A stretch of DNA of 64,000 nucleotides from a bacterium (GTDB lineage: Bacteria; Patescibacteriota; Patescibacteriia; 2-01-FULL-39-33): positions 42,700 to 106,699 of the forward strand of contig JAKQDP010000070.1 in assembly GCA_029558735.1 (NCBI GenBank), in the 5' to 3' direction. This document shows positions 38,753-49,175 of this stretch, one piece after another (position 1 is the first letter of the stretch; every line of letters begins with the position of its first letter). The notes below the pieces were generated by a model. That model did not search any database. It worked only from the letters and a program-made list of their open reading frames with translations, and had not been told where the DNA came from. The position numbers were made by a program, and so were the translations under genes.

Positions 38753-39289
38753 TTATTGGCACGCCAACCACAAGCCCCGCTGAGCCGTTTTTGCCCGTTC
38801 CTGAGCTTGGGAAAAATCATTATTGTGACTGTCATTACCCGGATAATCGACAAATCGAGCAAAGCCCTCCTCAATCAACATCAGGTTGACCAGCTGATCA
38901 CCAACATAAACATAACGCAATAATCGACCGTAATCATCCTTTAGGGTTTCGCCTTTTTCCAGTCTCACTGTCTTGCCTTCGACCAACTCCTGATTGCGGT
39001 TTGTTGCCTCTTGGGCAAAACATTCTTTAGCCTGGCTGGAATAATAATTCATTTCCGACGCGTCAATGCCAATATAGCGAACGATTTCGCCGGTAGCCAG
39101 CTCAATTGTGTCGCCATCAATCACCCGAGCGACTGCGATGCTTCGCTCCTGATCCTGAGACCAGGGAATAAGCGGGATTTTAGCCGCCAAAATCGCCCAA
39201 TTGTCCGGCCGCAAATTTATCAGCCAGGCGGCAAAAATCAAAAATAGCGCTAGGAAAAAAAGAAACCACAATTTATTTTTACTAAACAT
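38753..39289 (-). CDS. Thermonuclease (SNase-like), membrane anchored
   Basis: RVIDGDT, VRYIGIDA, DDYGRLLRYVY, AQRGLW; N-terminal TM. Confidence 0.92.
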   Translation of the reverse strand: MFSKNKLWFLFFLALFLIFAAWLINLRPDNWAILAAKIPLIPWSQDQERSIAVARVIDGDTIELATGEIVRYIGIDASEMNYYSSQAKECFAQEATNRNQELVEGKTVRLEKGETLKDDYGRLLRYVYVGDQLVNLMLIEEGFARFVDYPGNDSHNNDFSQAQERAKTAQRGLWLACQ

Positions 39290-39372
39290 AACTTTTGTTT
39301 GCTTTAATTATAGCAAAAAAAGCATAATCAAGCGATAAGCTTTTAAAATTTTATTTATCTTAATCGATTAAA

Positions 39373-41247
39373 TTAATATTTTGCAAATTTATCAGCTAAA
39401 TGAGGGTACTTTCTTTTTAGTTTCTTCCATTCGGCACGCGGCAGGTCTGTTAACCATATTTTACCTTGGATTTCAAATTCTGGTGGGAAAACTAGTCCAT
39501 CGGCTGATTTGAGGCGTTGAAGCCAAAGATACCCCCCAATAGTTGTAGGGAATATTACCCCCTCGGCTGATTTAAGGTGTTGAAGCCAAAGATCCCCCCA
39601 AACGATTGTGGGGAGGGTTACACGGTTGGCTGATTCAAGGCGCTCAAGTTCAAGGCTCCCGCCAACAGTTGTAGGGAATATTACCCCATCGGCTGATTTA
39701 AGGCCATTAAGATAAAGGCTCCCAATAACTGTTGTAGGGAAGATTACCCCATCGACTGATTCACGCCCATAAAAATTAAGATTCCCATAATGATAAACAA
39801 TGTTGCCAGACAGGGCCTCGTGATTGGTTAAACTGATTTGTGATTCCTGACAGTCAAGAACTAGGGCTAGATCTTTTCTAATATTTCGGCCAGCTTGTAA
39901 TTTATTAATTCTTAGGTCTTTGTTCATGCCGAAATACCTGATAGGGCTTTCGATTTCATAAAGGAAAACGAGCTCGCTTTTGTTTAACGTCTAGCCTTGC
40001 CTGGTTTTGTTTTCTATTTCCGTAAGCTTCTTCATGTCTTGAGATTTGCCTTCGTATTGCTCACCATTGCCAAATTCAGCCAGTTCGGCACTTGCCACTT
40101 CGCTCATATAGGGATCAAGATTCTGTTTATGGGCAATGCCTCTCATTTCAGCAATTTGATCGCCTTTGGCATGAATGGCGATTCGGGGGAAAGTCGGATT
40201 GCCTTTCTCATCATTGGAATAATAGATATAGAGATCGCCGGTTTTTAAATATTCGTTGGCTGCTCCTTTGCCGGCAATGCACAGGCCGGTACCCTTGCCT
40301 TTGAGGGTTTTAACCACTTCGCTTGTATTCGATCCTTGTTTATATTTTACCCACTTACCTTCGGTAACAGGCAAAAGCTCTTGGGGAATCGGATTGAATG
40401 ATTCCATGGCCCAGGCATAGAGCTTGGCAAAACTTTCCTGTTCCAGATATGTTTTAAATCTTTCTCTTTCCTTTTCGGAAATATCATAGCCGAATTTATG
40501 GCCTTGCCCTTTATGTTTTTCGACCAGGGCATCAGTTACGTAGCGCAAAGCTTCCGGATGGAGATCGGGAAATTTTTTAAGGGAATTTTTTGTTCGGCGG
40601 GGAAATTTGCCGAAAGTTTTTTCTTCGATTGTTTCTGCTGTCAATTCTGTAGCTTCTTTTTTTTCTCCACGAGCCTCTTTTGCCCAATTCTGGGGCTTTT
40701 CATACTCCTGGAGATTAACTATGCTGCGAAAAATCCAGTATTTAAGATAGTCGGGAATGTCGCCTGAAAGCTCGTCATCCAGAAAGTAGTCAACCCATTC
40801 TTCAAGCGAGCCTCTTTGGTCTTCGATCAGTGTCTCAGCGTGATTTCTTTTGTATTTTTCTTTTTCCTCTTCATCCATATCTTCCCAATCAGCAGACAGC
40901 CCATGCTCGTAAAGCTCGCGATAGAAAGAACCCATGCCGCCTTTTTCGTCTTTTTCTCGCCAGTAGTTGTCGGGAATACTTTCATATTTGGTAATGAATT
41001 TATCCATAATAATGGATTTGAATCTCTCGATGGCGCGCTCCCTTGATCTGTCATCCTTGATTTCGGCAAGTAGATTTTTATGCTCTGTGAACCTATCTAG
41101 GTAATTTTGAATCAGGGACGCAAAATCACCGGATACTTTTTTGCCGGTCCTTCTTTCGGTTCTTTTTTTGGCGCTCATCACTTCCTCGGCCTTGCCCAGG
41201 CCGGGGAATTTATTGAGGAATTCCGGATTTTTAAAGCTCTCTGGCAT
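39373..41247 (-). pseudogene. Large hypothetical protein with C-terminal 21-aa LRR-like repeats, interrupted by one in-frame TAG (39991-39993)
   Basis: ORFs 39991-41247 and 39373-39927 are in the same frame; the intervening 63 nt read TLNKSELVFLYEIESPIRYFG with no further stop. Confidence 0.75.
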
Positions 41248-41386
41248 ATTATTTAAAGCTTAATTATATGCCTTCATTTTAGCCCAAAAAGAGGGATTTT
41301 ACAATTTCTGCGAGGTCGAACCGCCGTATCCTCGGCGGCTGGCGGCGGATTATTTTTATTATTTATGGAAGAGTGATAGGATTTAA

Positions 41387-41684
41387 GAATCCTAACTCTC
41401 ATTAAATAATTTAAATAGACACCTTTTGGGTGCCTATTTAAATTATCAAACTGCGGGACTAGGATTTCCGCCTCGTCTTTTTGCCAAAAAGCAAAAAGAC
41501 TTGTTGTACTGGGCAGCGCCGGATGCTACGCCAGCTCGCATCCGGCGACATTCGGCTTCTCTTTTCGTCTTCCGCCGAAAAGCTTGCCTCACTTCTGCCC
41601 GTTCGAATCCTAACTCTCATTAAATAATTTAAATAGACACCTTTTGGGTGCCTATTTAAATTATCAAACTGCGGGACTAGGATT
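41387..41684. repeat. 80-bp exact direct repeat (41387-41466 and 41605-41684) including the tRNA-Gln 3' end, flanking a palindrome-rich spacer
   Basis: GAATCCTAACTCTCATTAAATAATTTAAATAGACACC...CAAACTGCGGGACTAGGATT present twice, period 218 bp. Confidence 0.92.
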
Positions 41685-41739
41685 CGAACCTAGGCTACCT
41701 GGGCCAGAACCAGGCGTCCTACCACTAGACTATCCCGCA
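41669..41739 (-). tRNA. tRNA-Gln(CTG)
   Basis: TGCGGGA/TCCCGCA acceptor stem, CCTGG-TTCTGGC-CCAGG anticodon arm, GGTTCGAATCC. Confidence 0.95.
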
Positions 41740-41789
41740 TTATCCAATAAAGCCCGTTAAATTTAACATAAAAACATCAAAAAATCAAG

Positions 41790-43523
41790 CTAAAACATAC
41801 TGGCCACTTCCTGGGCCGCGTCTTTAGGTTTATTAAGATTGACCAAATTGCTCTCCGGTTGCGTTCCGGTTGACGGACCAATCTCAATCTGACCCGCATT
41901 ATTAACTATTGACCCCGATTCAATAATTACCGGCGCCTGATTAGCCGTCTCAACCGGATTAAGATCATCTTTGACTACGCCACAAACAATCACTTCCGCC
42001 TTGATTACCTCGGAAATCACCTTTTCTACCACGCGCCGATTTTTCATCTCTTCCAATCGATCTTTATAAAAAACGCTCTGAACTCCAATTTCCAACATAT
42101 TATCCCGACACTTTAACGGCTGACTGATTTTGAGTAGAGCCGACAAAGTATAGTTCTCCTCCAACAGCTTATCGGCAATTTCCGGCCAACAATGTTTTAC
42201 CTTCTTGAAGCTGATCGCCGAATGAGGTTTGAGTTTATCTTCATCGGAGATGAAATTGACTTCCACCTCCGGCTGACATTTCTTTTCTTTTTTCAGCTCC
42301 GTATTGGCCAAGGGTAGGTCTTTTTTGTCTTTACGCGGACTAAGATAAGAAATTTTCTCTTTAATTTTTTCTTTTACTGACTGATCGCCACCACCACTGC
42401 CACCACCACCCTCATCGTTATCTGATTGTTGAACTGTTTCCTGACAAAGCTGAACAATCGCCAATTCCAGGGGAAATTGAGGAATAAAAGATGTTTTAAT
42501 CTCCTGTTTTTTGAGATTAAATAAATCAATCATTGCCATTAAAACAGTATCATCAAAGCGCTGGGATAATTTTTGCGCTTCCCGAGCGGTTGTTTCGTCA
42601 AGCTCAAGACCAAAATCTCCCAAAGCCCCACTGACTCTTATTAACATCACTTTACGCAAAAACTCCAAGAGATTGTCAACAAAAACGAACAAATCCATAC
42701 CGTTATTGGCTAGATTATTGATCAATTCAATTCCGGCGGTAGCATTCTTATCCAACAAAAAATTGAGCAGTTTAATAATTGAATCAAAATCAGAACGAGG
42801 CAAAACGATTTCCGCCTCAGCAATGCCGATATCATCACCTAAAATCAAAATTTTTCCGAGCAGGCTTTCAGCGTCCCGAACACAGCCCTCGGAGTGAATG
42901 ACAATATTGGTCAACACCTCTTCAGCCACGCGCTTGCCTTCTTGGGCCACTATTTGTCTGAGTTTTTTCTTTAATTCCTCCGCTGTCACCTTATGAAAAT
43001 CAAAGCGCTGACAACGAGAAATAATCGTCTGAGGAATTTTATGAATTTCGGTGGTGCACAAAATGAAAACCACGTGGGCCGGCGGCTCTTCCAAGGTTTT
43101 GAGCAAGGCATTGAAAGCGGAAATGGACAACATATGAACCTCATCAATGATAAACACCTTATACTTGCTTTGATTGGGTGTAAACCGGGAATTTTCAATG
43201 ATATTTTCCCGAACATTGTCCACGCCAGTGTGCGAAGCCGCGTCAATCTCAATAATATCAATGGCACTGCCGGCGATAATCGCCCGGCAGGAGGAACATT
43301 GATTGCAGGGCTCGCTCTGATCAGCCGGCCGACTTTCACAATTAATCGCTTTGGCCAGTAGTCGAGCCAACGTGGTCTTACCCAAGCCGCGCGGACCGCA
43401 AAAAAGATAAGCCTGACCGATCTCCGACCGTTCAATCTCATGTTGCAAAGTAACTTTGATATGGTTTTGACCGATGACTTCAGCAAAAGTCTGCGGCCGA
43501 TATTTGCGATATAATACTGACAT
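41790..43523 (-). CDS. dnaX: DNA polymerase III subunit gamma/tau
   Basis: LYRKYRPQTF, GPRGLGKTT, EIDAAS, IIDEVHML, NALLKTLEEPP, SRCQ. Confidence 0.97.
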   Translation of the reverse strand: MSVLYRKYRPQTFAEVIGQNHIKVTLQHEIERSEIGQAYLFCGPRGLGKTTLARLLAKAINCESRPADQSEPCNQCSSCRAIIAGSAIDIIEIDAASHTGVDNVRENIIENSRFTPNQSKYKVFIIDEVHMLSISAFNALLKTLEEPPAHVVFILCTTEIHKIPQTIISRCQRFDFHKVTAEELKKKLRQIVAQEGKRVAEEVLTNIVIHSEGCVRDAESLLGKILILGDDIGIAEAEIVLPRSDFDSIIKLLNFLLDKNATAGIELINNLANNGMDLFVFVDNLLEFLRKVMLIRVSGALGDFGLELDETTAREAQKLSQRFDDTVLMAMIDLFNLKKQEIKTSFIPQFPLELAIVQLCQETVQQSDNDEGGGGSGGGDQSVKEKIKEKISYLSPRKDKKDLPLANTELKKEKKCQPEVEVNFISDEDKLKPHSAISFKKVKHCWPEIADKLLEENYTLSALLKISQPLKCRDNMLEIGVQSVFYKDRLEEMKNRRVVEKVISEVIKAEVIVCGVVKDDLNPVETANQAPVIIESGSIVNNAGQIEIGPSTGTQPESNLVNLNKPKDAAQEVASMF

Positions 43524-43574
43524 ATTGGCAAAGAAGATGGGCCGACCTGACAATTGTCAGGGCGGCCTTTAATT

Positions 43575-43817
43575 TTACTTATAACGGCGACTTTTTTTAA
43601 TTGGTCGGCTATGACGACGCCAAACCGATTCCCGAGTGCCTAAATTAGTTCCGGCCAAAAAAAGCCAGTAACCAGTCAGAGAGCCGGCTGTCTGACCTGC
43701 CACTAAGGGGCTTTTTCTCCTTTCCACCAAATGCCTCCCGGGCTCAATCAGTTGAGAAGACCAGTCATTTGAGGTGTCTATCAATTCCAGAGCTGACCAA
43801 ATTCTGACAACCATCAT
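43575..43817 (-). CDS. Hypothetical protein, 80 aa, basic C-terminus
   Basis: AAAGGAG SD before the ATG; hairpin after the stop. Confidence 0.55.
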   Translation of the reverse strand: MMVVRIWSALELIDTSNDWSSQLIEPGRHLVERRKSPLVAGQTAGSLTGYWLFLAGTNLGTRESVWRRHSRPIKKSRRYK

Positions 43818-43955
43818 CCTGACTCCTTTCTCTGTTTTAATGATAATCGATTATCAAAAAAAAATCAAAAGGCGGCCAAACTATCATAGTTTAGCCGCCA
43901 ATTACCAATAGCGACCAAGCGGCGATTTCTTGGTTCTCCCCTGACCTAGCCATTC

Positions 43956-44174
43956 CTACCTCCTACCGTTCTCTGAATGCTCCTCCCAAGTTACCACGCT
44001 TGTTCCGTAATCTCGACCGTCAATTGTCGTCTTGAGCCACTTTGCCCCAAAACCATTAATGGGGTTGTTGATTTCCTGCACCGAATACCAGCCTGGGTTG
44101 ATGATTAGGAATTCCCATGGTTGGGAGCCCAATCGAACAACGGGCATCGGCCTAATAATCTTCTTATTTATCAT
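43956..44174 (-). CDS. Hypothetical protein, 72 aa
   Basis: TAAGGAG SD before ATG 44174; terminator-like hairpin at 43868-43899. Confidence 0.55.
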   Translation of the reverse strand: MINKKIIRPMPVVRLGSQPWEFLIINPGWYSVQEINNPINGFGAKWLKTTIDGRDYGTSVVTWEEHSENGRR

Positions 44175-44255
44175 CGTTAACTCCTTAGCCACTAACCGCT
44201 ATTGGCTGCCAACTGGATGAAAAAAGAGGCGTTTGCCTCTTTGTTTGTTAATTGT

Positions 44256-46805
44256 TCAAAGTACTCTTTTGGGCTTGGCTGCTAATTGCCCTAATTTGGC
44301 CTGATCGATTATTTCCTGGACCACCAATTGACGATCACGGCCATATTTTAACCGTGATAAACCACGTAAAAGGCTCACATTATCGATGTTTTTATCGTCC
44401 GACAAGAGCCGACTGGCCATATTGAAAGCCTCGGAAGCGGTGTTATCTATCAACAGTCTAACATAAGCGTTAAATTTTTCAATATTCATCAAATCGTATT
44501 CGCTGACCCGCGGTCCCAGCTGTTTGGCCACCACCTCGGCATCGTCAACACCAATTCTAAAACTAATTAAGGTGCCGACATTGCCAAAGACCGCATCCTT
44601 GACCCGACTGTCACCATTGACTACCAATTGGGCGATATATTGATGCGCCATAATCAAATTTAATTTGTATTTGCGAGCTTCAGCCAAGATAACCGAAATA
44701 CTATCAGTAATAAAATTTTGAAACTCATCAATATACAGATAAAAACTTTTCCGCTTGGCTTCCGGTAAGTCAGCGCGGGACAAGGCGGCCATCTGTAGTT
44801 TGGACACTGCAATCAATCCCAACAGATTACTGTTGGTTTCGCCGATTTTGCCCTTTGATAAATTCATTAGTAAAATTTTGCCCTGATCCATTACTTGACG
44901 AAAATTAATGCCGGACTGACGTTGGCCAATGATGTTTCTCATCATTTCATTTTCCACGAACCGACCGGTCTTGGAAATCACATAAGACAACATATCGGCG
45001 GCGGTCGAACCTTTTTGCGAGGCGGTGTATTCCCGCTCCCAAAAATCTTTGACTAGAATATCCTTGACATGCGCCAATTTCTGCTGCCGATAACCCTCAT
45101 CAGTAAAAATCCGCCCCAATTCCACCAAAGTACCGGGGTTATCCTGATCAGCCATTAGCGCCAATAAGGCATTTCTCATATAATGCTCAAACATCGGGCC
45201 GGCCATAGCCGGGTCAGGCAATAATTTGTAAAAAATATTTATCATTTCCTGGGTGGCAAAATCCATTTCTTGAGTGGTCTTGGCTTCCAGCATATTCAGA
45301 CCGATCGGCCGCTCAACATCGGACGGATCAAAAATAATCACGTCTTCAAATCGCTCTTTGGGAATGTAGGGTAAAATATCTTCAATCAATGAGCCGTGCG
45401 GATCGACAATGCAGACGCCCTTACCTTGCTTAATATCTTGAATTGCCAAATTAGCCATCAGATAAGATTTACCGGAGCCGGTCATACCAATAATATACAT
45501 ATGACGCTCACGGTCACGATCTTTGATTCTGATTAACTGCTTATTGCCACGATAAAAACTATCCCCCAAAATCAGACCCTCCTGAGGTATTTCCTGAGGC
45601 GGGGCCAAGCGCCGCGCCTGCAACCAACGCAAATGAGGGATATCTGTATTAAGTAAGGGCAAATGCCAAAGGGAAGCCATTTCTTCAGTATTTAAAACCA
45701 AGACCGATTTCTCATCAAAATTGCGGTAAATAAAATCATTAATAAATTTCGGCCCCGAGCCTTTGATGACTGCCTTAAAGCCATTGGCATATTCATAATT
45801 GGAGTATTGAGAAAAAGAATTGGCAATCTGGCGCAAAATATTTTTGGCCTGATTTTCATCGGCCGCAAAAGACACCAGCCGAATATTGACATCCAGACCG
45901 GCCTTGGACGCTTTTTCTTCGATTGAACGCATCATCTGCTCTTCCATTGGCGACAGCCGATACTGAGGCAGGCCGGCCTTATCAGCCGCCTGATCCTTAT
46001 TGGCATAAAACCAATCCGCCGGCTTGCCAATCACCCCCAAGAGACCACCCGAACCGTTACTGGCGGCGTTTAAAGCCTGCTTTAAATTTTTACCTTGCTG
46101 CATCTCTGAAGCCACCTTGACTCCCCGCTTGCGCCAAGTCCCTTTAGCCGAGCGCATTACCAATTGAATGGCGGCCATCTGGCCATTGGACAATTTGGAC
46201 AGCGTGCTGAGCAGTGAATTCAAAGGATCAGCATCAATATTTTTGTAAGTCAGAATGGGAAACATTTTATCCTTAATCAGCTTCAAATAGCCAACTGCCA
46301 CAAACCCTTGGGGCTGAAAAATATTATAATCATCCACCTCATCAATTTGACAATAAGGATAATGGGACAAAAACTGCTGTTTAATATAATCGGTCAGATA
46401 CTGAGGAACGGCAATATAAAAAGTAATCAAACCATCCGTACCAAACACAATTTCAAACGACCAATGGTCGTGCCGACCAAACAACCACGGCCGCCAGCCG
46501 CGATCGGCCCGCAAGCCGCCCAAACTGGAATAAAAATTATCAATCCCGGCCAAAATCTCTTTGGGCTCCTTGGCTTTGTCTTCTTGGTCCAAAGAGCGTT
46601 GGGGAATAGCCAACCGAAACACTTTTTTATGATAAGCCGGCGGAATTATCTGATAACGAGCAAATAATAATTTTAAAACCCACAAAACCAACAAGACAAA
46701 AAATAAAACCAACAACAAAACAACCACCAGCCCCAGCCAGGGATACAGTTGAACAACCAAAGAACCAACTTCCGGCGACACTTGATAATTCAGGCCATAA
46801 TCCAT
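44256..46805 (-). CDS. VirD4/TraD/HerA-like membrane-anchored P-loop ATPase
   Basis: N-terminal TM, HMYIIGMTGSGKS, VDPHG, LYIDEFQNF, EARKYKL..AHQY. Confidence 0.88.
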   Translation of the reverse strand: MDYGLNYQVSPEVGSLVVQLYPWLGLVVVLLLVLFFVLLVLWVLKLLFARYQIIPPAYHKKVFRLAIPQRSLDQEDKAKEPKEILAGIDNFYSSLGGLRADRGWRPWLFGRHDHWSFEIVFGTDGLITFYIAVPQYLTDYIKQQFLSHYPYCQIDEVDDYNIFQPQGFVAVGYLKLIKDKMFPILTYKNIDADPLNSLLSTLSKLSNGQMAAIQLVMRSAKGTWRKRGVKVASEMQQGKNLKQALNAASNGSGGLLGVIGKPADWFYANKDQAADKAGLPQYRLSPMEEQMMRSIEEKASKAGLDVNIRLVSFAADENQAKNILRQIANSFSQYSNYEYANGFKAVIKGSGPKFINDFIYRNFDEKSVLVLNTEEMASLWHLPLLNTDIPHLRWLQARRLAPPQEIPQEGLILGDSFYRGNKQLIRIKDRDRERHMYIIGMTGSGKSYLMANLAIQDIKQGKGVCIVDPHGSLIEDILPYIPKERFEDVIIFDPSDVERPIGLNMLEAKTTQEMDFATQEMINIFYKLLPDPAMAGPMFEHYMRNALLALMADQDNPGTLVELGRIFTDEGYRQQKLAHVKDILVKDFWEREYTASQKGSTAADMLSYVISKTGRFVENEMMRNIIGQRQSGINFRQVMDQGKILLMNLSKGKIGETNSNLLGLIAVSKLQMAALSRADLPEAKRKSFYLYIDEFQNFITDSISVILAEARKYKLNLIMAHQYIAQLVVNGDSRVKDAVFGNVGTLISFRIGVDDAEVVAKQLGPRVSEYDLMNIEKFNAYVRLLIDNTASEAFNMASRLLSDDKNIDNVSLLRGLSRLKYGRDRQLVVQEIIDQAKLGQLAAKPKRVL

Positions 46806-46808
46806 AAA

Positions 46809-47285
46809 TTAAATCAGTCTATTTTTATCCATTTGGGAAACAATTTTATCGGCTTTAATTTTCGCTGCCTGCTCCAAAAAAAATTTATTCACGCCTGGAA
46901 TTGCTTTTAACCAATCCTTGATTAAACTAAGAATTTTTTTGATCTTTATTTTCGGTCGACTCACCAAAACAGCGATTTTTCGCGCCGTCACTTCGCCCTT
47001 AAGTTTAAAGGCGCGCTGGTCGGCTGGCGGCAAACTTAAATAAATATCCGCTAAATCTTCCTCCAAGATTGTTTCAATTCGCCGATAATGATCATCGGCA
47101 GCCGAAAGAACCGAACCAGTATCACTGGCGACCACGACTGGTTGGCAATAATCAACGGCCGAGCGTTCACTAGGGTTGACGGACAATTCTCTTGTTTCTT
47201 TAGGTGAAGTCTCCCCTGATTGTTCAATTTTGAAATCAGGAGAAAATTCCGGCGTTATTTTCTGATTGAGACCAAGGTTGGGCAT
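46809..47285 (-). CDS. Hypothetical protein co-transcribed with the ATPase
   Basis: 158-aa ORF ending 3 nt before the ATPase start; C-terminal WL..IPGVNKFFLEQ..KIKAD motif. Confidence 0.8.
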   Translation of the reverse strand: MPNLGLNQKITPEFSPDFKIEQSGETSPKETRELSVNPSERSAVDYCQPVVVASDTGSVLSAADDHYRRIETILEEDLADIYLSLPPADQRAFKLKGEVTARKIAVLVSRPKIKIKKILSLIKDWLKAIPGVNKFFLEQAAKIKADKIVSQMDKNRLI

Positions 47286-47402
47286 AAAAAAAATTATTTA
47301 ATTACATTATACCACAAATCAATCATTCTGTGCTATAATATAATTAATTATTCATAATGCCGCGCCAAGTAAAATCCCCACCGCTAATCGGCTCCAAAAC
47401 TC

Positions 47403-48344
47403 ATGACCAAAAATATTACCACCTTTAAGTCCAGCCCGGGCGGGCTGACCTGGATCAACATCATCAATGCCAGAAAAAAAGAAATCGACTACCTGCAAAG
47501 GAAATACAAATTCCATGAGCTAGATTTGAAAGATTCTTTTGCCAGCCACTACGCCCAACGACCCAAGTTTTTTCAACGCCACAATTATTGTTTTTTAATT
47601 CTGCAATTTCCTTTCTATAATCCCAAAAATCGAATAATTGAGGCGACAGAAATAGATTTCTTTATCAGCCGAGACCAGATTATTACCGTTCACAACAACA
47701 ATCTGCCGCCCCTGGTCGAGCTTTATAATCTATGCAGCAGCGATAAATTTTATCGCGACCAATATTTGTCCGATAATAATGCCGCCTTCCTCTATGAAAT
47801 CTTAATCCGACTTCAAGAATATTGCTATCCCCTGCTCGACCACATCAGTATTGATATAAAAAACATCGAGCAAAATATTTTCTCCGGCCGGGAAAGGCGG
47901 ATGGTGGGGGAAATTATGCTGGTCAAAAGAAACATCCTTAACACCCGGCGGATTATGGAAGCGCACAAAAATGTCATCCAAAAAATCATCCAGGAAAAAA
48001 CTAGCTATCTGCCGATAGAAAAAATAAAAATCTTCTATAATGACCTAGTCGAACACACCAAAAACATTTGGGATATCCTACAAAGCCAGAAGGAATTAAT
48101 CGAAACCTTAGAAAACACCAATTCAACCTTAGTCTCCTTCAAGCTAAACGACATTATGCGCACCTTGACCGTCTTCTCGGTAATTGTCTTCCCCCTGACT
48201 CTGTTCGCCGCCGTTTTTGGCATGAATACCCTAAACAGTATGCCTTTTATCGACCATCCCTACGGCTTCTGGTTTATTATCGGTATTATGCTCGCCGCCA
48301 CTTTGGCCATGTTTATGTTTTTCAAAAAGAAAAAATGGTTGTAA
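47403..48344 (+). CDS. corA: CorA-family magnesium transporter
   Basis: LNDIMRTLT, FGMN signature, two C-terminal TMs ending KKKWL. Confidence 0.93.
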   Translation: MTKNITTFKSSPGGLTWINIINARKKEIDYLQRKYKFHELDLKDSFASHYAQRPKFFQRHNYCFLILQFPFYNPKNRIIEATEIDFFISRDQIITVHNNNLPPLVELYNLCSSDKFYRDQYLSDNNAAFLYEILIRLQEYCYPLLDHISIDIKNIEQNIFSGRERRMVGEIMLVKRNILNTRRIMEAHKNVIQKIIQEKTSYLPIEKIKIFYNDLVEHTKNIWDILQSQKELIETLENTNSTLVSFKLNDIMRTLTVFSVIVFPLTLFAAVFGMNTLNSMPFIDHPYGFWFIIGIMLAATLAMFMFFKKKKWL

Positions 48345-48366
48345 ATAATCACTTTTCGAACAATTA

Positions 48367-48402
48367 AAAACGGCTGATTTTCCCTTAAGAAAAATCAGCC
48401 GT
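48367..48402. terminator. Terminator between convergent genes
   Basis: ACGGCTGATTTT-CCCTTAAGA-AAAATCAGCCGT, U tract on the minus strand. Confidence 0.7.
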
Positions 48403-48410
48403 GAAACGAT

Positions 48411-49175
48411 TTAAAGCGGGGTCGCGCTCGAACGCCGCCGGCGCCATTTCAGTACCAAATACCAGGGCGGCGGCGGCGCGGTAATTGTCGCCTCTAATTG
48501 ATGGCACAATGCCTCAGACTCACCAATTTCATCTTCAATTTCCCGCATCTCTGTTTGGAGACGCTCAATTTCGCGCCGCCGAGTTAACAGCTCAACGGCT
48601 TTTTTTAACCGTTCAGCCAAATAAACTCTCGACTGGCCGACACCCTCGATTAATTCCTGAACATACTCGTCCGATCCGGTATTAACCAGTTGATTAGCTA
48701 AGCGCTCAAATAAGTCATAATGGACATACTCATAGCCGGCGTTAATCCGTTCCCACTTGATGCGCAAAAATTCGGCCAGTATCCGACCAAGAAAATCGGC
48801 CGGCAAAAACTTAAAAAGCTTGGGCGTAATTTGAAAATCAGCGACCGACCAGACAAAGAACGGCTGGTCGCCAAACTGGCACAAATAATAAATTATCTCC
48901 GAGTCTTCCAATTTGATAATCTGCGTGAACGTCCGCCTTAATTGTCGGCGCTGAATCTTTTCCAGCCAAAAACAAAAGCCGGAAAAACCGATAAACACCG
49001 CCAACACGGCTATGACGCCGATAAACGGCAGCATTCCGCCAAGGGTCGGTTCGCGACCGGTGGTTTGGGAAAAGGCTAAATAATGATAGAACAGCCAACA
49101 AACACCCACTAGCAATGAAGTGGCTGCTCCGCCGACAAAACCGTTTGTCAAGGAACTGAGTTGTTTCAGGGACAT
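48411..49175 (-). CDS. Hypothetical membrane protein (two TMs, C-terminal coiled coil)
   Basis: 254-aa ORF; AAGGAG SD; TTGACT-17-TAGTAT promoter upstream. Confidence 0.75.
   Translation of the reverse strand: MSLKQLSSLTNGFVGGAATSLLVGVCWLFYHYLAFSQTTGREPTLGGMLPFIGVIAVLAVFIGFSGFCFWLEKIQRRQLRRTFTQIIKLEDSEIIYYLCQFGDQPFFVWSVADFQITPKLFKFLPADFLGRILAEFLRIKWERINAGYEYVHYDLFERLANQLVNTGSDEYVQELIEGVGQSRVYLAERLKKAVELLTRRREIERLQTEMREIEDEIGESEALCHQLEATITAPPPPWYLVLKWRRRRSSATPL

Noticed and set aside
39991-39993. Amber recoding (pyrrolysine or alternative code)
   Set aside because: TAG terminates recJ, cysS, uvrA, dnaX and others normally; no pyl genes in the window
48400-48413. TAA(A/T)TCGTTTCAC shared after the stops of two orphan genes (also 63398-63410) as an attC-like site
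   Set aside because: Only two short copies; no integron integrase and no matching R-box/L-box structure
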